This document shows, piece after piece, positions 24,439-29,523 of a DNA stretch of 29,523 nt; positions within the stretch are counted from its first letter, which is position 1, and the number at the start of each line of letters is the position of its first letter. This stretch comes from a virus. The stretch lies in the UHGV virus genome UHGV-1542943; one strand, given 5' to 3'. Position numbers and translations under genes: made by a program. Below the pieces are notes generated by a model that saw only the letters and a program-made list of their open reading frames with translations, did not search any database and was not told the origin of the DNA.

Positions 24439-25149
24439 TCAGAAGAACCCAGCCTTGTCGTTGATGTACTCCGCGTGCGTCTGGATATCACGCAGGCATT
24501 TGCTCACACCGACGATGTAGCAGAACATGGTGGTCAGTTCCGCCGCCGCGCCCGATACGTCATGCCCGTCTTCCTGTAACTGGTTCAGCAAATTCATCAG
24601 CAGTGAGTTCTCCGTCAGGCCGAGAACACCAGACGGCGAGTGAATCAGGCTGCGGTAGCCGGGCTTCAGTGGGGCACTGTAGGTTTTGTTCTCTATCTTC
24701 ATCGCCTGCATCACTGCTGATGCTGTGGCGTTTGCAACCTGGTCGGCAACCATCTTTATGCGTTCTTCCTGCGGGAGCGAGTTTTTAATGTAACTTCCGG
24801 TGCGGCGGATCTGAGGAAGAACCTCACCTGTAACCCATTTACGAAAGCGGTAGGGGATAGTGCCTGGTGTCACTGCGTCGCGACAGCGGAGGATCAGTGT
24901 GTAGAGGCCTGACTCGGAGATGATGTTGATCTCTTTTACTCGGCTGTCAAAAATTGCACGATGTTCATGCCCTATGTTGAACATAGACCTTTCATCATCA
25001 TCCAGTTTTTCAAGTGCTTGGGTGACGTTTTGGATACGCAGCGCACTACAAACGTCTTGGGCTACAAACCATGGTTGGCCATCGATAATGATGGAACGGA
25101 TAGGGTTAACAGATTCAAATTTGAAGATGGCAGTTTGAGCATTAGCCAT
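24439..25149 (-). CDS. Bro-N domain antirepressor (Ant-like)
   Basis: N-terminal ..FKFESVNPIRSIIIDGQPWFVAQDVCSALRIQNVTQALEKLDDDE is a classic Bro-N signature; C-terminal antirepressor-type domain; ATG at 25149 with a GGAG RBS. Confidence 0.8.
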   Translation of the reverse strand: MANAQTAIFKFESVNPIRSIIIDGQPWFVAQDVCSALRIQNVTQALEKLDDDERSMFNIGHEHRAIFDSRVKEINIISESGLYTLILRCRDAVTPGTIPYRFRKWVTGEVLPQIRRTGSYIKNSLPQEERIKMVADQVANATASAVMQAMKIENKTYSAPLKPGYRSLIHSPSGVLGLTENSLLMNLLNQLQEDGHDVSGAAAELTTMFCYIVGVSKCLRDIQTHAEYINDKAGFF

Positions 25150-25418
25150 GGTGGTTATCTCCACTTAGTGATTTTAATCACCACCGCAACGCCAATTACT
25201 GGTGGTGAACTGGACAAGGTTGGCGTACCGGCCTAAGTGGTACCGGCGTCCTTTCGGACCCCTGCCCAGCCCACCATAATTCGGATATAGCTGTGCTTAA
25301 CGCATAAAAAAAACACGTCTGGCGTGGTATGCGCCACTTAGTAACTCGGGACGCCAATCCCGGCACTGGATTTTGCCAGTACCCGATTACTATGGCACAA
25401 GAGGAGTGCGATGTAAAT

Positions 25419-25433
25419 TTACCGCAAAGGTAA
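25419..25433. promoter_or_regulatory. Operator TTACCGCAAAGGTAA (perfect)
   Basis: In the 380-bp divergent intergenic region between the antirepressor and the 25547 gene. Confidence 0.6.
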
Positions 25434-25511
25434 TGATAAACGCGAAGAAATATTAAAATCAACCGTATTTGGTTGATTGCGTTTAACGCTTGATCACCTG
25501 AAAGCAAGATA

Positions 25512-25526
25512 TTACCTTTAAGGTAA
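25512..25526. promoter_or_regulatory. Operator TTACCTTTAAGGTAA (perfect)
   Basis: 20 bp upstream of the ATG at 25547. Confidence 0.6.
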
Positions 25527-25546
25527 TGTTATTGTGAGGAAAAGCA

Positions 25547-26275
25547 ATGGAAGTTTTCTGGATAGTTGTTGGTGTGGTTGCGGTGATTATTTACGTTATC
25601 AACCAGAACAAGACTAAGATCTCTGATCGTACGGTCGTTAATCATAACAAAACGATAAAGACCGAAGATGGGGAGATAACGATTAATCGTACACAGGTGA
25701 TAGAACACACCTCTACTCAGTTTCAAAAAACTGGAGGTAATGCGCCTAATATTTCCGCACCTCCTGCTTATGATAGTGCGGTAATCCAGACATATTATAA
25801 ACAGCAGGAGTTAGCAAAAGAGAGGCAACTGATTCAGCCAAAGCCGTTTACAGCTGAGCTTCCACCTGGAGTGTCAACGCGTCCGGCATATCATGGAAGA
25901 TTCCCTGGTGATGACATATCGTCTCAGTCATCTAAAAAAGCACCTCAGGCAGTATCAGAGCCAGCAAGAATACCTTCTGTATCGCCGCCAAAAGAAGAAT
26001 CAGCTAACAGAGTTTCAAGTGGTAGCAAGCAGTGCTTGCGATGCAGAATAAACCTACCATATGAAAAATTCAGGAAATCGTCAAAAAATCCAGATGGATT
26101 GACTAAGTGGTGTGCAAGGTGTCTCGATGGCCCAAAGAATACACGCCATATGAAGTGGTGCCCAATTTGTAATGTCCGCAGAAAACGAACCAGCTTTTAC
26201 CCTAATAATCAAAATGCGGACGGATTAATGGCATGGTGCAAAACGTGCTGGGATGAGCACAAAGCGAAACGATAG
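25547..26275 (+). CDS. Membrane-anchored protein with two C-terminal C4 zinc-ribbon-like units
   Basis: N-terminal TM helix MEVFWIVVGVVAVIIYVI, low-complexity linker, then CLRC..(PDGLTKW)CARC..(KW)CPIC..(DGLMAW)CKTC; GAGG RBS. Confidence 0.55.
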   Translation: MEVFWIVVGVVAVIIYVINQNKTKISDRTVVNHNKTIKTEDGEITINRTQVIEHTSTQFQKTGGNAPNISAPPAYDSAVIQTYYKQQELAKERQLIQPKPFTAELPPGVSTRPAYHGRFPGDDISSQSSKKAPQAVSEPARIPSVSPPKEESANRVSSGSKQCLRCRINLPYEKFRKSSKNPDGLTKWCARCLDGPKNTRHMKWCPICNVRRKRTSFYPNNQNADGLMAWCKTCWDEHKAKR

Positions 26276-26297
26276 GCCGCTCTTGCGGCCTTTAAAT
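26275..26297 (+). terminator. Hairpin terminator between convergent genes
   Basis: GGCCGC-tctt-GCGGCC followed by TTTAAATTT. Confidence 0.55.
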
Positions 26298-26570
26298 TTA
26301 CCGGGTTTGTTTTCGTAATTGTTCGGCACAATAGTCGAGATGTGTTTGCAGATCCTGCATAGACATCTGTGAGCTGGTGACGTAGTTAATCAGTGCAGTC
26401 AGTTCGGCAAGTGGGCCATCGACATTAAATCCATCCTTATCGAGATCCCGGAGTAATTTCATCAAGTGCGATCCCTCCACCAGTGACCTGACGCCTCCCG
26501 GCGTGTGAATCCTTTCGGTAAATCCGTCTTCCAGTGGATAGTGATACTGCTGCATCTTAATCTTCTCCAT
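26298..26570 (-). CDS. Stand-alone paralog of the antirepressor C-terminal domain (85-90 aa)
   Basis: ..RIHTPGGVRSLVEGSHLMKLLRDLDKDGFNVDGPLAELTALINYV..DLQTHLDY aligns with Ant ..LIHSPSGVLGLTENSLLMNLLNQLQEDGHDVSGAAAELTTMFCYI..DIQTHAEY at roughly 45% identity by eye. ATG at 26555 has a GGAGAAG RBS. Confidence 0.55.
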   Translation of the reverse strand: MEKIKMQQYHYPLEDGFTERIHTPGGVRSLVEGSHLMKLLRDLDKDGFNVDGPLAELTALINYVTSSQMSMQDLQTHLDYCAEQLRKQTR

Positions 26571-26632
26571 GCAATAACTGTATATTTATACAGTATCAAA
26601 TAATTTGTTTGCTATCCAGCACGTTTTGCAAA

Positions 26633-26647
26633 TTACCTGAAAGGTAA
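26633..26647. promoter_or_regulatory. Operator TTACCTGAAAGGTAA (perfect) upstream of the tailspike gene
   Basis: Perfect palindrome in the divergent region; a GGTAAT half-site lies at 26689. Confidence 0.6.
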
Positions 26648-26751
26648 TATCTATTCGTATTTACAGTCTTTCTATCCATATGTGGTTTTTTAGGTAATAG
26701 AATAACCAGATATGCGGCGCAACGGGTGCTGCGACTATCTGGAGATTTAAC

Positions 26752-29523
26752 ATGACGGTCTCAACCGAAGTTGACCACAACGAATACACCGGTAACGGAG
26801 TTACGACATCGTTTCCGTATACTTTTCGAATTTTCAGAAAATCAGACCTGGTTGTTCAGGTGTCTGACCTGAACGGGAACGTAACAGAATTGGTTCTGGA
26901 TACCAGTTATACGGTAACTGGGGCGGGCACTTATAGTGGCGGTTCTGTTGTTCTTCCGTCGCCGCTTGCTACTGGCTGGCGAATTACGATAGAGCGTGTG
27001 CTTGATGTGGTGCAGGAGACTGATCTTCGCAATCAGGGGAAATTTTTCCCCGAAGTTCATGAGGATGCATTTGACTACTTGACGATGCTGATCCAGCGAT
27101 GTTTTGGGTGGTTCAGACGTGCATTGATGAAACCATCTTTGCTTGCAAAATATTACGATGCAAAGCAAAACAGAATTTCTAACCTTGCAGATCCATCACT
27201 TGAGCAGGATGCTGTAAATAATCGCTCAATGCGTAAGTATGTGGATGCTGCAATTGCTGGTGTTGTCGGTGGTTTCGGATGGTTTATCCAGTATGGTTCA
27301 GGCGCGGTATATAGAACGTTCCAGGATAAGATGCGTGACACAGTTAGCCCTAAAGATTTTGGTGCTGTAGGTGATGGTCAGTATGGAGGGAGAGCGACGA
27401 ATGACGATGCTGCTTTTGAGAGCCTTGAAGAATCTCATACAGGGAAAGTAATTGATCTGCAGGGTAGAACTTTTCAAACAACGAAGGATTTCACTAAAAA
27501 TAAATATTTTAATGGTTACTTCCGTTATCCAGTGAAGCTGTTGCCTGATGATGAATTCCCAGAATCAAGGATGCAGACAAGAAAAAAAGGTGTTATTAGC
27601 GGTTTCAGACCATCAACGCCAAATCATGTTAAATCTGGTTTGAGGCTTGCAACTATTAAAAACACGACAATTCAGGGAGCCGTCCTTGATTATTACGACA
27701 ATATTCTTTATACGCTGCAAAATGTCAGCGGTTCTGCAGCTAGTAACGACGAAATTAATAAAATTGTTGCCTATAACTGGTTTGGTCAGGATACGCTGAT
27801 GCCGCTATGGGAGACACAGGGTAGTTTTGATATAGGGCACCAATCACTGGGATTGACCATTGGTCGTATCGGTTTCCGTAATACGCGGGGGCGATTGCAG
27901 ATATGGGGATTGGCAGGAGTATCGAAAGGCGATCAACGTGCGCAGTACCTTGCCCGATTCACACCAGTATCCGGTGCGGCAATTACTCCAGAGTTTTTCC
28001 GAATCTGGGATGACACATATTTAAACCATGTCAATGTACTTTGCACTGACCCGACCAGTACATGGTTAATAACCACAGCAAAACGATATGTCGGCCCTGG
28101 TGAGGAATCTGGTACACCAGATCAGTTGCGTTATTACGTGAAGGTCTTTCATACCAGTGTGTTCGTTAACCCAGATGAATACGGCTATGACTATCGTAAT
28201 GCGGCAACTTTTGAGTTTGAGATAGCTGATTTTATCCGTGATATGCAGGCTGTTGCATGTGACGGAACAACAATCTATTTCTGTCAGGCTGGCTCTGCGT
28301 ATTCCTCTACTCGCAAATATTTGCATATGTACACGCTGGACGGAGTTTATCTTGGTGTGCAACAAATTCAAGCTGGCGCTGGACGTGCGTATGATATTGC
28401 CGATCCAGAAAATACCGGAACTCCAGATCCGACAAAGCTGACATATGAGCCGGAAGCGATGTTTTTCCGCATGATTGTCGGTGGGTATGATCTTGTAATG
28501 GGAAATACCAACGGTATCCCGGACGGTGACACTGGTCGTGAAACGTCATTCTATACCCTGATGCCGCAACAGAGCATGCATATTAAGACTACGTCAAGTT
28601 CTCAGCCCGGCATTATTCTGGATTCAACTTACGATATCGTAACTAATAGCGGCTTATTGACTATCGGTAAAATAAACGACGATGGTTCGGTTACTAATCA
28701 CCTTGAATTGTCCAGTGGTCTGGCTAAGTTATCTAATGCCACTGCTACAGCGTCTCAGTTTGAAACTGCTAATCCACTGCGAGATGTTACGTATCATGTA
28801 TCTGCTGCCGGAGATGCGGGCATTTACGACTACACTAACTCACGCTGGCTATTCAAATCCCCTGTTTTGTCTACAGACCTTGCTTATATTGGTCAGCCGC
28901 TTGAAGTGCTCGGCGCTGTGCGCCCGTTCAAGACGAACACATACTCATGTGGAACCAGCACACGCTTGTGGACAACTGTATATGCAACGACAGGCAGCAT
29001 CAACACATCAGACGCGCGTTTCAAGAGCGACCCGTTAAGTATATCTCAACTTAGCGAATCGATGGGTTTCGAACCAGATGCGATACTTGACGCATGGGGG
29101 AAAGTGAACCTGATCGTTTACCAGTGGCTATCAGCTGTAGATGCTAAGGGCGCTGATAGAGCACGTTGGCATTATGGCATTATTGCGCAGCAGGTGCGGG
29201 ATGCATTTATTGCCGCCGGGATTGATGGTACTCGCTTCGGGCTTTTGTGCTACGACGAATGGGAAGACCAGTATGAGCCTGTAATGGCTTGGCGTGATGT
29301 TACCATTACTTATACGGATGCGGACGGTGTCGAGAATAGCTACATCAAGAAAGAAGAATATGATACTGGCGAGAAAACCTTGGTTACTCCGGCCGGAAAC
29401 CGTTGGGGTATACGTGTTGATGAATGCTTGTGGCTGGAAGCTGCTTATCAGCGCAGGCGTTGTGACAGGATTGAAGAACGTCTCAAATATCTTGAGGGGG
29501 AGAAGATGTTAAGCAAAGAGTAA
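26752..29523 (+). CDS. Tailspike / tail fiber with T7 gp17-like N-terminal domain and C-terminal intramolecular chaperone (peptidase S74-like) domain
   Basis: 923 aa; N-terminus ..YTGNGVTTSFPYTFRIF..DLVVQV..LVLDTSYTV..GWRITIERV..TDLRNQGKFFPEVHEDAFDYL follows the gp17-type attachment-domain pattern; C-terminal ..NTSDARFKSDPLS.. matches the S-D-x-R-x-K autocleavage motif; stop TAA at the window end. Confidence 0.75.
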   Translation: MTVSTEVDHNEYTGNGVTTSFPYTFRIFRKSDLVVQVSDLNGNVTELVLDTSYTVTGAGTYSGGSVVLPSPLATGWRITIERVLDVVQETDLRNQGKFFPEVHEDAFDYLTMLIQRCFGWFRRALMKPSLLAKYYDAKQNRISNLADPSLEQDAVNNRSMRKYVDAAIAGVVGGFGWFIQYGSGAVYRTFQDKMRDTVSPKDFGAVGDGQYGGRATNDDAAFESLEESHTGKVIDLQGRTFQTTKDFTKNKYFNGYFRYPVKLLPDDEFPESRMQTRKKGVISGFRPSTPNHVKSGLRLATIKNTTIQGAVLDYYDNILYTLQNVSGSAASNDEINKIVAYNWFGQDTLMPLWETQGSFDIGHQSLGLTIGRIGFRNTRGRLQIWGLAGVSKGDQRAQYLARFTPVSGAAITPEFFRIWDDTYLNHVNVLCTDPTSTWLITTAKRYVGPGEESGTPDQLRYYVKVFHTSVFVNPDEYGYDYRNAATFEFEIADFIRDMQAVACDGTTIYFCQAGSAYSSTRKYLHMYTLDGVYLGVQQIQAGAGRAYDIADPENTGTPDPTKLTYEPEAMFFRMIVGGYDLVMGNTNGIPDGDTGRETSFYTLMPQQSMHIKTTSSSQPGIILDSTYDIVTNSGLLTIGKINDDGSVTNHLELSSGLAKLSNATATASQFETANPLRDVTYHVSAAGDAGIYDYTNSRWLFKSPVLSTDLAYIGQPLEVLGAVRPFKTNTYSCGTSTRLWTTVYATTGSINTSDARFKSDPLSISQLSESMGFEPDAILDAWGKVNLIVYQWLSAVDAKGADRARWHYGIIAQQVRDAFIAAGIDGTRFGLLCYDEWEDQYEPVMAWRDVTITYTDADGVENSYIKKEEYDTGEKTLVTPAGNRWGIRVDECLWLEAAYQRRRCDRIEERLKYLEGEKMLSKE

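Noticed and set aside
25196-25507. 103-aa minus-strand ORF in the antirepressor upstream region
   Set aside because: Spans operator sites and dyads, with no RBS; the region reads as regulatory.
25165-25546. LexA box (CTGT-N8-ACAG) controlling the antirepressor
   Set aside because: Only ACTGG-N6-CCAGT and CTGT-N8-CATA near-misses were found; no convincing SOS box by eye.
1-29523. CRISPR arrays, insertion sequences or transposases
   Set aside because: No regularly spaced direct repeats, terminal inverted repeats or transposase-like ORFs were seen; the only repeat families are the operators, the iterons and the 24-bp start cassette.

Overview
The window reads as one mosaic temperate-phage (prophage) region of an enterobacterial-type genome, complete from the integrase to the tailspike stop at the window edge. 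Left to right: a possible host gene 3' end and terminator; a P4-type tyrosine integrase (+); a leftward early operon (MT-A70 adenine methyltransferase, AlpA-like excisionase/regulator, RecT annealase, PD-(D/E)XK exonuclease, small genes); an immunity switch with a tandem-HTH repressor divergent from a Cro-like gene; lambda-type O-like/P-like replication genes with iterons inside the O-like gene; a nin-like block of small genes; terminase small and large subunits; an AT-rich insert with a membrane/coiled-coil protein gene and a tRNA-Arg(UCU); a translationally coupled podovirus-type internal-virion/ejection protein operon (915 and 1129 aa proteins); a second accessory island (secreted protein, YafO-like toxin module, Bro-N antirepressor, membrane zinc-ribbon protein, stand-alone antirepressor C-domain paralog); and a tailspike with a C-terminal autoproteolytic chaperone domain. 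The most striking signal is a 15-bp palindrome, TTACC-N5-GGTAA, present as 11 perfect and 5 near-perfect copies, all intergenic and at the head of almost every transcription unit, which suggests one regulator controls the whole element. No portal, scaffold or major capsid gene is recognisable after the terminase, so the element is probably defective or helper-dependent. All protein calls rest on motif recognition from the translated ORFs by eye; no database search was run.
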